A stretch of DNA of 64,000 nucleotides from Schizochytrium sp. TIO01 (GCA_004764695.1 SMSO01000037.1:3386747-3450746), one strand, 5' to 3'. Shown: positions 1 through 11,685, counted from the first letter of the stretch. Notes: generated by a model from the sequence alone, not told the origin. A program made the numbers and translations.

Positions 1-1312
1 GGAACCAAAAAGCACACATCTCTTCAAGTTGTTCATCGCCGCCAGTTGTTGAATTTTTGCGACCCGATGAATCATACGTACAATGTACAGTTAGACGATC
101 ATCTGCATAGAGTGTAATATTTGAGGACAACCAATTGACTTGTTGAAGGTTATAGTCAAATTGAGCATCGCAAAACGCAAGGTATGGGCTTTCATAGCTG
201 TTGGCTGGACTCACAGTAGCCCAAATGCCAGTAGACATGCTACGTGCGAAGGCAAATGTAGCCAAGACTGTTACCCCCCGAGAAGGGAAGCTTGATGGCA
301 AACTTCTGCTAGCAGCAATCTCATAGAATGGCTCATCTGGAGGAATAAGTATCGAATCAGTAGACGCCCCAAATAATCCCCACGTAGCTGGCTGAAAGTT
401 GCTTGATGTTTGATTTTGAGGGATATAAGTTATCTCAAACCCGGAGCTGTCTGTATAGTTAGATTCCAATGCAGAGTTGAAATACTGCACCTCTAGAATG
501 TATACTTTATCTTGACCATTGATCATAATCCCAGATTCACTGGGCATACAAAGCGTTTCGCCCCCTGCGGCCCATGAATATACAAAATTAGTACAATTGA
601 GTGCGGACACGGTTCCTTGTGCAGGACTAGAAAACGCCAATTGCAGAGCTGTAGAGTTTTCACAGACCAACAAACGCATGGTTTCAACCATGTCAATTTG
701 ATCAATGACAGGGGAAATCCTTGTTATGTAAATTTTGTCTTCAGGTAGACCATCAAAAAGGTAACTAACTTGCGAGGTCTTTTCCTGCGTGATGGAATAG
801 CTGGGCATAGTCAAATTTACCTCTCGGGACCCAACTGACTTGCCGCATGAGGGTGATGGAGTAGGATAGAAAGTAGGGGAGAAAGTTGGAAAGTGCGTTG
901 GCTTCTGTGTAGGAGCATTGGTACTTTTAACAACGACATCATATACTCCTGGATTCGTGATGCCAGTTACATAAGTTGGAGTGTCTCCTTTCGACCAAAT
1001 ACAGCTGGGGTCTCCGAGTTCCTCGCCATTGGATAGTCCATCTCCATCGCTATCCTTTTTACAAAGTGCCTGAGTCCATGAGTGACCTGCACTTTGAAAG
1101 TCCCGACCAAAATTGTTGAGACTTCCTCCACCGCTTGCACGCGTATGACCTACGCCTGGATAGTAGACCCCACTAGAAGAGTAGACGTTGTGGCCATTTG
1201 GAATTCGATTCTGATAGCTACTATATCCGTAGCTCAAGCCAGGAAAAAGAGCAATGAAAAGCAACTGAGCAATCATGACCAAAATAGTACTTTCTGTTTT
1301 CATCTTTGACAT
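1..1312 (-). CDS. Secreted temptin-like + copper type II ascorbate-dependent monooxygenase-fold protein; 3'-partial (runs off the window); paralogue of 5379..7445
   Basis: Absent from the ORF track, presumably because no stop lies inside the window. Hand translation from ATG 1312: signal peptide MSKMKTESTILVMIAQLLFIALFPGLSYG; temptin-like YQNRIPNG...GVGH...GGGSLNNFGRDF...WTQALCKKDSDGDGLSNGEELGDPSCIW; P/T-rich linker; then VETMRLLVC, YSWAAGG, ILEVQYFN, DSSGFEITY, ATFAFAR, GGDEQLEEMCAFWF. Collinear with the 688-aa ORF. Confidence 0.9.
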   Translation of the reverse strand, partial: MSKMKTESTILVMIAQLLFIALFPGLSYGYSSYQNRIPNGHNVYSSSGVYYPGVGHTRASGGGSLNNFGRDFQSAGHSWTQALCKKDSDGDGLSNGEELGDPSCIWSKGDTPTYVTGITNPGVYDVVVKSTNAPTQKPTHFPTFSPTFYPTPSPSCGKSVGSREVNLTMPSYSITQEKTSQVSYLFDGLPEDKIYITRISPVIDQIDMVETMRLLVCENSTALQLAFSSPAQGTVSALNCTNFVYSWAAGGETLCMPSESGIMINGQDKVYILEVQYFNSALESNYTDSSGFEITYIPQNQTSSNFQPATWGLFGASTDSILIPPDEPFYEIAASRSLPSSFPSRGVTVLATFAFARSMSTGIWATVSPANSYESPYLAFCDAQFDYNLQQVNWLSSNITLYADDRLTVHCTYDSSGRKNSTTGGDEQLEEMCAFWF

Positions 1313-1441
1313 ATAAGCTATGGCTTATCTCGGCTGTACTTTTAACATAGAAGAGCGAAACCGCGAGCTTAGAGAGGAAGTTATTTTTTGTTTTTGTCTC
1401 TTTGCATACCTTGGGCTTTTGGTTTCGACTTTGGTATTGAC

Positions 1442-1475
1442 TTTGGTTTTGGTTTTGGTTTTGGTTTTGGTTTTG
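1442..1475. repeat. (TTTTGG)n hexanucleotide repeat
   Basis: Visible tandem TTTTGG units about 130 bp upstream of the 1312 start codon. Confidence 0.9.
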
Positions 1476-2352
1476 TTCATTATTGCGCTCTTTTACCTGC
1501 ATTGATATATTCCCGCTGCAAAGAAGCATCCATGTATCATAATTTCCAGAATGCAGTTAGGACGACTTAATTGCAAGCAATGAAAACGGAAAGGACATTC
1601 GCACAGTGTCTCACAAATTCAATAAAAAACTCTGGCCTCAGTTTTGCAAAGTATAACCAGCAGAATTCAGAATTATTGTATTTGATGGGCTCAAAGAGCA
1701 GTTGCGTTTCAGCTTTTAAGCAATTAACTTTAGAATGAGTTGTTCTCAGTCAAGAATCCGAACAAAGTTTGTTTCTCCTCTTTTCCAGCTCTAAACTTCC
1801 TTGTGTGATAGGCACTTTGTGAAGCTAATCATCATGCTTTTAAATTTGTTATTTTTTTATACACGCCCTATATCTAGGTAGGCCTAAATACATATTTTTA
1901 ATTGAGATTGTAAAGAATTAAAAAGACAACCAGTTTTAGACAGAGTAAACTTTAAAAAACTGCTTTCTGTGTACAATAACTAACATATTGAACCTGTCAC
2001 TTGGCTATCTCAGTGAGCATCAAGGGAAGCATGCATTATGTACAATGCAACCCAAAGCCATCTTTGGAGTTATGAACCAAAGCCAAAGGTGGGCGGGCCC
2101 CTTCATTCCTGAACATGTGTGCCAAGAGACCGTGCACAGAAAGGATCGCGTCTGGACATATCACCGTCGCCGTGCTGGCCTCCCTCCGTTCTTAGAAATG
2201 ATGTAATGTGTGGCAACCTCGGCTTTCTGAATTGCCCACTCGTCAGGCCACATTGCCGCTGCTTTTTGGTGTTGAATTCGCTTTGTTACTCACGCCTCTT
2301 GCAGCTGAATTCAGAAGGATGAGCGATTTGCTTCTCCCGAGAGTACCCATCT

Positions 2353-2450
2353 GCTACATACTACCTACTTACTACCTACCTGCTTACCTACCTATACCTA
2401 TATACCTGCCTATACCTATATACCTGCCTACCTGTACCCATATACCTACC
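2353..2450. repeat. Degenerate (CTAC/TACC)n low-complexity repeat
   Basis: ctacctacttactacctacctgcttacctacctatacc... tract. Confidence 0.85.
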
Positions 2451-2998
2451 AGTGTCTGTTTTGAAGCTTCTCATAAGAGGGCCTTGTGTTGTTCGTGTTG
2501 CGATTTATCATTGAGTGGTTTGGATTGGGTCTTTTAAAGATAAAGCTAGGAAAGGTACTTTTGAGCTTGCAGTCCTTTTATGCACAGAAGTCGTGATGGC
2601 GACTATAGCTACAGGAGTATTCCATGTACAAGTACATTCATGCTGGGGCAACTCTTTACATTATTCAAAGGGTCTCACCTGAGAGTAGTTGAGGGGGGAC
2701 AACCTAGGTAGGCACTCGAAGTATACGATTTCGGAGAACCCTAGAAAAGTGAAGATATGCTAATGCAATGATTAAGGCTGACATAGTGTAGACTATATGT
2801 ATTTTACACAATTTTCTGAGAATGCTGTAAGCCCTGTCTTCGAATAGAATATACTGTTTCTTTCTGTTCAGACTGTAAACACTGATGTACTAGACGCAGA
2901 ACTTCAAAGTTGAGGAGTTGGTGTCCGAAAGGCAAAACACGCGCTCTAACTTGTATCAGATATAGGAAGCATAATGCTGCGTTGAGATTGGTTCAAGA

Positions 2999-3562
2999 TC
3001 ATTGGTGATTGTGTAGGCCCTTGAAGGTCCTTCCAAGCAAGGTATCAACTTCTTCTTGCTTGAGATACTCTTGCCAGACCACTGGGTCTTCTGCCTTACA
3101 GTGGCATACTCTAAGCATGACAAAGAATATATGTTTGCACGGCCCTAATTCTATCTGATGTGCAGGGCATGTGCAAGATGGTTTGCGCGAAATGGTTACC
3201 TCATACTCGCATTTTGAAGACTCGCCTTGCTCTCCACCCTCGTTACCAGTTGTTTCTTTGAGTTTGAAGATGCCAGCTCCGCTTTGGTTGTATTCACCGC
3301 GAATCAAGCAAATCTCCGATTCGAGAGCAGAATACATGCGGTGTTGCGCATCTCTACTTAGTGTCGCAACGTAGGGGCCACCGCGACCCCGGGTTGGTGA
3401 TGCAGGAGTCAATGTCGATGCATTTGTAGGCGATGCAGTAGAGGAGCAAGTAGAGGAAGACGAAGCGGACGATGTAGATGCAACAGACTGTTTACGTTTA
3501 TTTTGGACCTCACGCGTAGCAACAATGCTTCCATGTCGTTTCCCTATGATAGGAAGGTGCAT
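2999..3562 (-). CDS. SWIM-type zinc finger protein
   Basis: 187-aa ORF containing YEVTISRKPSCTCP...PCKHIFFVMLRV (CxC-xn-CxH SWIM motif, similar to the N-terminal SWIM of ZSWIM2/MEKK1-type proteins) followed by VWQEYL; S/T-rich N-terminus. Confidence 0.8.
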   Translation of the reverse strand: MHLPIIGKRHGSIVATREVQNKRKQSVASTSSASSSSTCSSTASPTNASTLTPASPTRGRGGPYVATLSRDAQHRMYSALESEICLIRGEYNQSGAGIFKLKETTGNEGGEQGESSKCEYEVTISRKPSCTCPAHQIELGPCKHIFFVMLRVCHCKAEDPVVWQEYLKQEEVDTLLGRTFKGLHNHQ

Positions 3563-4183
3563 GATAGATATTCAGATGCGCAGTTTACTGCTTTCAACAG
3601 GGAGATATCTCTTCTATCGCAAATTTCACAAACGGACTGCCAGGCCGAATTCAAGTTCTGCTATACCTTCTTTCAAGTTCCCCGCCCATTAAGTACTACT
3701 ATTGACACTGCCTAGCTTCCCTGGTTTCCTGATAACCTCCGAATCATACATGATTATGCATCCTAAGCAGACTTTAATACGCAACACAGCCTTGTCAACA
3801 TCATAGTATTGTCGTAAGCGCTCGCGTATCGTCTACGTATGCGCATAATATTATATGCCCATGTCCATTTTGCCCAATTGATTGCCACGGCCCTACGTTT
3901 TTGTTAAAAGTAACTTTAAATGAGTCCAGTTGTTCCAGCAGAAGACGGGCAAAGGTAGAACCCTAACAACTTAAATAACAGAGGGAGTCTTCCTTGCTTT
4001 CTTTACTTTATGGCATCGCTTCAATTAAATAAACCATGGGAAAAGCCAGTAGCGGCACTTGTGCGCGTCAATATTTCGCTATTGGTAAGTTTCGCCATCG
4101 TCACAATTTCTTTGAAAGATCTCTGCTTGCACCTTCAGTCCACGTTTAATTGTAATAGGAGTGGATCAGCGAATTCTGCAACT

Positions 4184-4238
4184 CTAGAATATGAGACAAC
4201 AACGCAAAAAGCTAGAATATGAGACAACAACGCAAAAA
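4184..4238. repeat. 28-bp direct tandem duplication
   Basis: ctagaatatgagacaacaacgcaaaaa occurs at 4184 and again at 4212. Confidence 0.9.
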
Positions 4239-5378
4239 AGTACTAAAGTCAGAGCAAAAAATCAATTGTATGCTCAGTTGATTGAGTACACCTCCATTTT
4301 ATAGCTGGCAATAGGCCACACTCGGCAGGTCAAATGGCGATGGTCCAGTTTATTGCTTAGTTATATCCTTGAATCACGCAGCTGGACTATCAACCCCTCA
4401 GTGCTAGGGAAGCCTTTTATGGAAAGCGCAAGACGTTGATAGCCTTATAGCCGTGCTGTGTCGCCACCTTGAGAATCAAATGGGGAGGAAACGAAATATT
4501 GTATTCCAAATCAGCCCTAACTCTATTCCACCTACTAAGGCAAACTACCCTCTGTGTGTCTGTACTTTCTAACTAGCTCCAGCCTAAGCATATCAAATAT
4601 AAAGTTACGAATAGTTTTGTTTTACTATGCAGATATATTTTCTGTCTTCTTAGTTTTACTTTTGTTTTTTAATTATTTATCAGTTTTCCTTATATGCAGC
4701 GTAACGGACATGTATATACAAGAAAAGCTTTCAAGTTGCGTGCCCTTATGGATCTAACTAGCTTACTTGCTGAACTTGGTCCAGCTCAGCAACTTATGAT
4801 AATGGACTTTCACAGCAACCTTGCACGTAGAAGCGTGCGAATCTTGCAATAATTGGGCAGTCAATTGCAACATTCACTATCTTACAACATAGAAGAGGGA
4901 AGGAAGCATGTAAGAATTTCAACACTTGGTCGGTAGATGCTTTTTTTTTTTCAAAGGAGGTCAGATTGATCAAGTCTACAAAGTCAGTTTAAGGTCAGAC
5001 TTGATTTTGATTCAACCCTAGGTTCTACATAGAGAACCTTCTCAATATTTACTGCATGGGAAGTAGAGCGGGAGTTATGGCCAGCTATTTTAAAATATGG
5101 GGATTTGCAAGCAAAGAATGTGTTGATAGATATGATTTGTTGCTCTGTTCAACTCCTATTCTGCAAACAGGATTAGGGTATGGGAGTAGCTTCGAGAAGT
5201 GCGTTGCCGGATAGTTGAGCTATACAAGTTGCGCTAGTCTCTCATACTGATGCAATATGTGCGGATCAAGATGTGCAAAAAGAATGCAACAAAGAAGTGC
5301 TTGTGCGACTCTTTGTGTTGCTTACAACGATAAGAGAAAGGTAGGGAAATATCGATACAGTCTTTGTAACATGATTAA

Positions 5379-7445
5379 TTAGGCTTGTGCGATGACTCTT
5401 GTAGGCGAGCGTGGCCTCTCCACCTCCTGCTCTTCGACATCAAGGAGCGCAGACTTTTGATTCTTTTCGGGGTTTTCTGATTTCGAAATCAAACGGCGAC
5501 GGACAATCATAACAGCAGTGAAGACTAGCAACATTACAATCAGGACAATGCTTGCAATACTCAAAGCACGCGCGGAATCACTCTCCATATAGTAGAGCTC
5601 ATACTGACTTATGCCAAGAAGAACATTCGTGAGTCCGAGAATAATGAGAGCACGACCAAGAAGGTGGTGCGCCCACTCCCATTTTGTGCGCCAGCTTGCT
5701 TCTTTATCGGGCCGCACTATAGCAAGGACCAGATGTGCAAAAACGATGATGATGATCGCAAGTCCAAGCTTACCGTGGGTGGACTGAAAGTTGTTGCCCT
5801 TTTTGTAAACTACAATAACGATGAAGGCAACCAGAGTAAGAAGCATTGCCAAAGCAACGAGAATTTCATGGCCAAGGAACCAAATGCGACTGCCTTTGAT
5901 TTTGAAAAGCAGCGGCAAAAGTGTAGCGCCAGGGACAAGAATGATCCATGCAACAAACATCATCATAGCATGAAGTCCTAATTGCCAAGGTGCTCCGGAA
6001 ATCCAATCGCTAAAACTCGTTCCAGCATCTGCCGTCGAAGATGATGATTCACTCTCACAGCTAATGCTGGAGTCGTATTCCAAACTGAGAGAGGATGAGC
6101 TCGAGCTAACATCGGATGATAAGGCTTCAAGACTGATGGTCTCTTGTGGGTAGTAAAGAAACATGCCAACACACATTTCGTCACTGGAAGATTCACCGCC
6201 ATTTGTTGTGCTAGTAACTTCCGAAGTGTCATATACACAATGTACTGTAACCCGATCTCCAGATGTTAGATTGATTGAGGTATCCAAAGATGACACATCC
6301 TGAAGATCAAAGTCATAGTTAGCATAGCAGGATGCCAGATATGCCTCTGAGGCGTCGTCTGATGGAGTGACAGTCATCCAGACTTTGGTGGCGAGAGTAC
6401 GAGCGTATGCCATTGTAGCAAATACGGTAATTCCATCGTCGGGTAGACCAGAAGGGAGAACTTTTGATGCTGATATCTCGTAGAATGAAGTCTGGGCAGG
6501 AATAGAAATAGATGTAGGTTCAGCACCAACCCAACCCCAAGCTGCAGTTTGAAAGTCATTTGATACTACATCTTCTGTTAAGTATGTTACTTGGAACCCA
6601 GAACTGTCGGAAAGACCTGATGTGCTAGCTGTATTGTCGTAGTGTACTTCAAGAACTAGCACACGACCTGCCGAGGCATTGAAGGCAAGACCAACATCTG
6701 CAGGCATACAGAAGTCTTCGCCTCCAGTTGCCCAGGTAAAAATGAGATTCGTGCAACCACCCATAGAGTCTGATGGTCCTGTTGTGGCAAGAGCTGATCT
6801 AAGCTCTGTTGTGTCCTCGCAGTCGTACAACCGCATTGTCTCAACCAGCTCAGTCTGGTCTGTAATGGCAGAGACTTGGGTAATATAGTTCATACCCTCA
6901 GGTGCTTCATCGTAAAGATACATGGCATATGTACTCTCGTCTGATGGGATTGAATAGCTTGGCATCGTGATGTTAAACTCAGAAGCCCCACTCGGTACTT
7001 CATAGTCCTCACAAGTGGAAGAGCTGCTGGTATCAGTTGATACAGTATTTGCAACGCCAGGATGTGTAATTCCTTCTGTCCTGGTAGGAGTGTCACCCTG
7101 TGTCCATACGCAATCTGGGTCTCCAAGCTCTTCTCCATTAGTCATTCCATCACCATCGCTGTCCATCTGACAAAGTGCTGTGGTCCACGATTCTCCTGCG
7201 CTTCGGAAATCCTCGCCAAAACTGTTTAGACTCCCTCCTCCGCCTGCGCTATTGTGGCCAACACCTGGCCAGGCAGTGTTGTCCTCTGAGAAGACATTGT
7301 CTCCATTCGGAATAAGCTCTTGAAATGAGCTATGGCCAGAACTCAGAGCAGGTAGTGATGCAACTACAATCAGACAAGCAACCACCAGAGGCTTTCCAAG
7401 CCTGATAGTTGGTCCCCGGGCGGGGTTTGCGATTTCCTGTCGCAT
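5379..7445 (-). CDS. Temptin-like + copper type II monooxygenase (DBH/PHM/MOXD1)-fold + cytochrome b561 multidomain membrane protein
   Basis: 688-aa ORF. Hydrophobic N-terminal signal; temptin-like IPNG...WPGVGH...LNSFGEDF...WTTALCQMDSDGDGMTNGEELGDPDCVW; monooxygenase motifs FTWATGG, LEVHYDN, DSSGF, YDFDLQ, GDRVTVHCVYDT, DEMC; C-terminal about 5 TM b561 domain with LHAMMM, WFLGHE, STHGKLG, WAHHLLGR. The 5' end is uncertain (see findings). Confidence 0.9.
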   Translation of the reverse strand: MRQEIANPARGPTIRLGKPLVVACLIVVASLPALSSGHSSFQELIPNGDNVFSEDNTAWPGVGHNSAGGGGSLNSFGEDFRSAGESWTTALCQMDSDGDGMTNGEELGDPDCVWTQGDTPTRTEGITHPGVANTVSTDTSSSSTCEDYEVPSGASEFNITMPSYSIPSDESTYAMYLYDEAPEGMNYITQVSAITDQTELVETMRLYDCEDTTELRSALATTGPSDSMGGCTNLIFTWATGGEDFCMPADVGLAFNASAGRVLVLEVHYDNTASTSGLSDSSGFQVTYLTEDVVSNDFQTAAWGWVGAEPTSISIPAQTSFYEISASKVLPSGLPDDGITVFATMAYARTLATKVWMTVTPSDDASEAYLASCYANYDFDLQDVSSLDTSINLTSGDRVTVHCVYDTSEVTSTTNGGESSSDEMCVGMFLYYPQETISLEALSSDVSSSSSSLSLEYDSSISCESESSSSTADAGTSFSDWISGAPWQLGLHAMMMFVAWIILVPGATLLPLLFKIKGSRIWFLGHEILVALAMLLTLVAFIVIVVYKKGNNFQSTHGKLGLAIIIIVFAHLVLAIVRPDKEASWRTKWEWAHHLLGRALIILGLTNVLLGISQYELYYMESDSARALSIASIVLIVMLLVFTAVMIVRRRLISKSENPEKNQKSALLDVEEQEVERPRSPTRVIAQA

Positions 7446-9616
7446 TAAGAAAGAGGTTAGTAAACTTGACCGTGGCTTCCTCGGCCTCTTCTATTAATGT
7501 TTTGGAATGGCCGAGCTTCGCAATTGCGTTTTGGTTTTGCTTTGTCGCTGCCATATCGATATGGAGTCCAATCAAAGTGCTGCATCGAGTGTCGCATCCT
7601 TTGTTTGAATATACCTAGTATTAGGTCGAATGCGACTTGGACAGTTCCTTTTTAAGTTTAGGTTACAACTTTAGAATTACATCTTCTAAAACACTTAGAG
7701 AGAAGCCTACCTACCTATACCTCATGCAGAACTGGTGTCTGCAAAGTACACTATTCTGCCAACTTGATAGCTGCAGCGTCTGCACGAGCATAGCGTAGGA
7801 AACCGACCCAGTGAACCAACGTGTGCGTTGGTTGGCCAATGCGCCTGCAGAGACGGCGTGGGTGTCGCTTCCTCACCTCCTCTACTGCAGCGGTTGCTGA
7901 GGCATAGAACCTCGCATGGAAACGTACGAACAATAATAAATAACCCCTAAGTACTACACTCAGACAGACTGACTGACTGACTGAATGACTGACAGACTTC
8001 TTGTCAACGAGAATGTGACCATATTTCAACACTGCCAAAGTATAAATGAAGTGTAGCCAATAGCTGTCTCTCGCTGAATCGCCGTCTGCTTCTTGGCATG
8101 AGTCCAAGTGGGAAAGAAGATTTTGAGAACTTCTTCGATCACTTCGAAGCGAAATTAACACCGCCTCTATTATTTGTATTGGATCAACAGTCTGTATTAC
8201 TTTACTTCTCCACTTTCTTCTACTCGAAATAAAAACGCTTTTAGTCTTAGATTTTTTATAATTTTATGAAAATAAAAATTATTTTAAAATAAAATTATGT
8301 ATAAATTGTCAACATAAGAATACTGATATCCAGGCTTTTTCTTCTTGCTGGCAGAACTTGTGCTTTGAAAACAGTTCGCGTAGATCGCCTGTGCAGCGAC
8401 AACACTGGTTATAGGCGTTGGGTACACTGTTGACTGCATTGCACTGCATTTATCTCACTCGATTACTTTTTGTTGTCATCGCGATCGAAGATTAGGCTAC
8501 ATTTATGAACGAGGTTGGCTTCTACTTAAAATGACACGAAGAGAACGATAAATAAATTTAGGACGTGCACGGAAACCAAAGCAAACCAGGCTTGTTGTGG
8601 CTTTTACTTGAAGCAGGCAATTCCGCGGTCGGCGCAAACAGCTGCTGCGAAGAAATGCGGTGCGAGAGAGAGGGATTCCGAGTGTAAGACACTCACTCTC
8701 TTGCTTCAAGTTGCGGCATTCGTCTTCACAGCTCGCGGAAAACCAGAACCTGCTTGGAGGAGATCGGGAGCATCTCAAGAAGCCTTTCTTCTGTTCGTGA
8801 TTGTCATTCTTATTTATTACACATACAAATATGAAGTCATAGGCCGCTAAAATCGGCGTTCTTCTGCACTGCGACCTCTGCCAAATCATAAAAAGGGCAT
8901 CAAAAGGCGTTAATTGCATGACGAGGCGAGCCTCGAAACCCGACCAAAGAAGTGAGTGAGTTAGTATTTCGAAAGCGAGTTTCTATCCAAACCAAAATTT
9001 AGAGTTCTTGGAAACCTCGAAACTTCACCCTTCAAAACTACTACTACACCCAGCAAGGCAGAATTACTTTTTAGAAAAGGCCCAAAACCGTAGTAGCTCT
9101 ATCGACTTCGAGCGATTGACTGCGAATCAATCCTTTCGAAACTGCCACCTCTCTCAATGTACCATCTTCTACTTTTTACTTCCACAACGGTCCCTTCCGT
9201 TTGTTTGTCTCGTGTGGGTCGCCTCGTGCAATTGCAACGCTTGCGTGCCTTATTGACTTCACTTCGTTTATTCAGGCAACAAGACGTCTATTTCATGAAA
9301 TAAATGTTAGAATCTTCATTTTATTGTTTTTTGCTATTTTAGTTTTATTCATTTATTTCTGCACATTTTAGTTTTATTTATTTTGATAAATCAATAAGTC
9401 ACGAAGTCAATAAATCAATAAATCAATAAATCAACAACACATCGAATGCGTGGATGAAGAATCGAAATGGCACCTCGCCACCCATCCACCGGCAGAAACG
9501 GCTTCTCCCGAGCGAGAATCTGATCGTACCAAAGAGCCGAGGCTAGCTCGAGGGATATAAGTGCTACTTCAGGTCGGATGTGATCCCGATTCCGCCGAGT
9601 TCTCGACTTTATCTTC

Positions 9617-9645
9617 GAGTGAGTGAGTGAGTGAGTGAGTGAGTG
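9617..9645. repeat. (GAGT)n microsatellite
   Basis: Seven tandem GAGT units. Confidence 0.9.
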
Positions 9646-11634
9646 CGTGTCTCAGTTCTGTGCCTTGAAGTTCAACTGTTCAGGTGTCGATGGTGGCGAT
9701 GGCCTCTTTCTTTATAATGCCGCCTGAAGTGATGTGGAATTGTGCCTTCATCTGTTGGTTTCGTGCTGATTTACTTCACTTTGGAGAAGAAGTTTGGCAG
9801 TGGGCACAAATAACTAACCGATCGATCTGCCGCCTTTTCCAGACGGGAGCTCATCATTTGCGGCCAGATAAACAGACCTCCTCTGCATTCAGACATGGAT
9901 ACATGCATGCATACACACAGATATATGTATATATATATGGTTTTCAGATAGCTTTAGGGGAGGACGATTCGGCGAAATGTCATATGATCTTGACTGGGAC
10001 CAGAGCTGAAAAGCACTTCTTTCGTGGCTACTTACTTACTTCCTTACTTACTAACTCACGAACTCACTAACTTACGAACTTCGCAAAAGTGCCCAAGTTC
10101 TTAGAACTCGATGTCGCAGCGGTTTCTGAAAACCTAAAAGCCGCTGCTCACAGATGCAAAGGAAGGTACTTTCATAAGGTCGTTCAGAGGCCGAAGATCT
10201 AGCTTCGACTGGCCAATCAGAAAAGTCGATCGAAGTCGATCATCGATTCGATCAACAAAGCAAAGTATTGCTTTCTCTCTCTATCTCTCTCTCAAAGCAG
10301 CGTACCTGAATTCAATGATATGAAAAATGCAACACAGGTGAAAGAAAGAAAGAAAGAAAGCAAAAGCACCTTCAAGCAAGTCCCAAGTGCAGTTGCAGCA
10401 GAACTAAAGAATCGCTCTTCGAGCTTTCATAAACTTCACTGCAGTGAGTGCGTGCAGCAGGAATCTAACCTTGCAGACCTGGAGGAGTGGGTGTCTGTTT
10501 TGGCAGGCCGACTTGATGGCCGCTTTTTGGATGTAGGATTTAGTTTGCTTCGCTTCTTTATATTCATTCTATCATGATGGCATTTAGTACAAAAAATAGA
10601 TTTTTGTAAAATTGAACTTTCTTTCCAAGTTCTCTTTTTCCCCCTTTTTTTTTTATTAAATAAATTAAAATTAAACTAAAACAATATTAAAAAGAAAAGA
10701 AAACAAAAGTAGTAAATCATCGTCATTGAAATCAGAACTTTGACTTTAACATTAAAAAATAAAGTAGTGCGGTAGATTTTTTCCTTCCACAGTGTAACCT
10801 TCAAGTTAATGAACGAACAATTGATCGATCGATCGATAGATCGATAGATTGGATCGATTGATTGACACTGCTGCGATGCACCTTCTGCTCTGAATCCATG
10901 TCGATCGGCTCATGGCTTTCAGAGATTTCAGAGCTTTCAGGCTGTCACAGCCAAAGCCCTTAGGGAGCCCAACATACACACACCACACAAGAAAGAGCAG
11001 GTCCCGCCTCGAAGAGCAGTCTGTCATTAGGTCCACTTCTCGCACGGAGCCGAGTTTACCTGAGTCTCGAAGGGGTTTCCAGCCGAGGATTTCTTTGGTT
11101 GGTTAGCATTCATTCATTTACTCGTGCACTCAAACATATACACTCGTGCCGAGTCGCTTCTTGAGAACCCACGAACGAACACGGATGGTCCTGGAATACA
11201 TTATGTATGTATGTATGTATGTACCAAAGATGCCGTCGATCTCCAAAAGCTCGGGACCCAATAACCGACTGCAGTTGGCGGAGCTGGCGTCGATAGACAG
11301 ACAGGCCGTGGACGAGGCTCGTGGCTTCGATCGGTGCGAATTGCAGAGCAGTCGGTTGACCCAGAAAGAAGCAGCAAGCAAGCAAGCAAGCTTGGAATCG
11401 TCGAGCTCGTAGCCCACGCTGCCAACCAAGTCTTTCGGGAGACCTGGAGGCTGGAGATCTTCTTCTTCTCGCCCGCTTGGAGCTGGTCGGAGCGGCGGTG
11501 GCCTCAAACGAGAGCGAGAGAGCGAGATAGATCCTCTATAAGCGAGTTCGCGTGCGTTTCTTCCTTGGTCGATCGTGAAGGAAGGCCTTTCGTTCGAGTA
11601 GCTCGCTCTGCAAACGCTCTCGCCCAAGATCCAG

Positions 11635-11637
<3 letters not shown>

Positions 11638-11684
<47 letters not shown>
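11638..11684. repeat. (GCT/CAG)n trinucleotide repeat, about 15 units
   Basis: Uninterrupted gctgctgct... tract; it produces the poly-Ala and poly-Cys runs in overlapping ORF calls. Confidence 0.95.

Positions 11685-11685
<1 letters not shown>

Noticed and set aside
1442-1475. (TTTTGG)n as telomeric repeat
   Set aside because: Short, internal and flanked by genes; best treated as a simple repeat.
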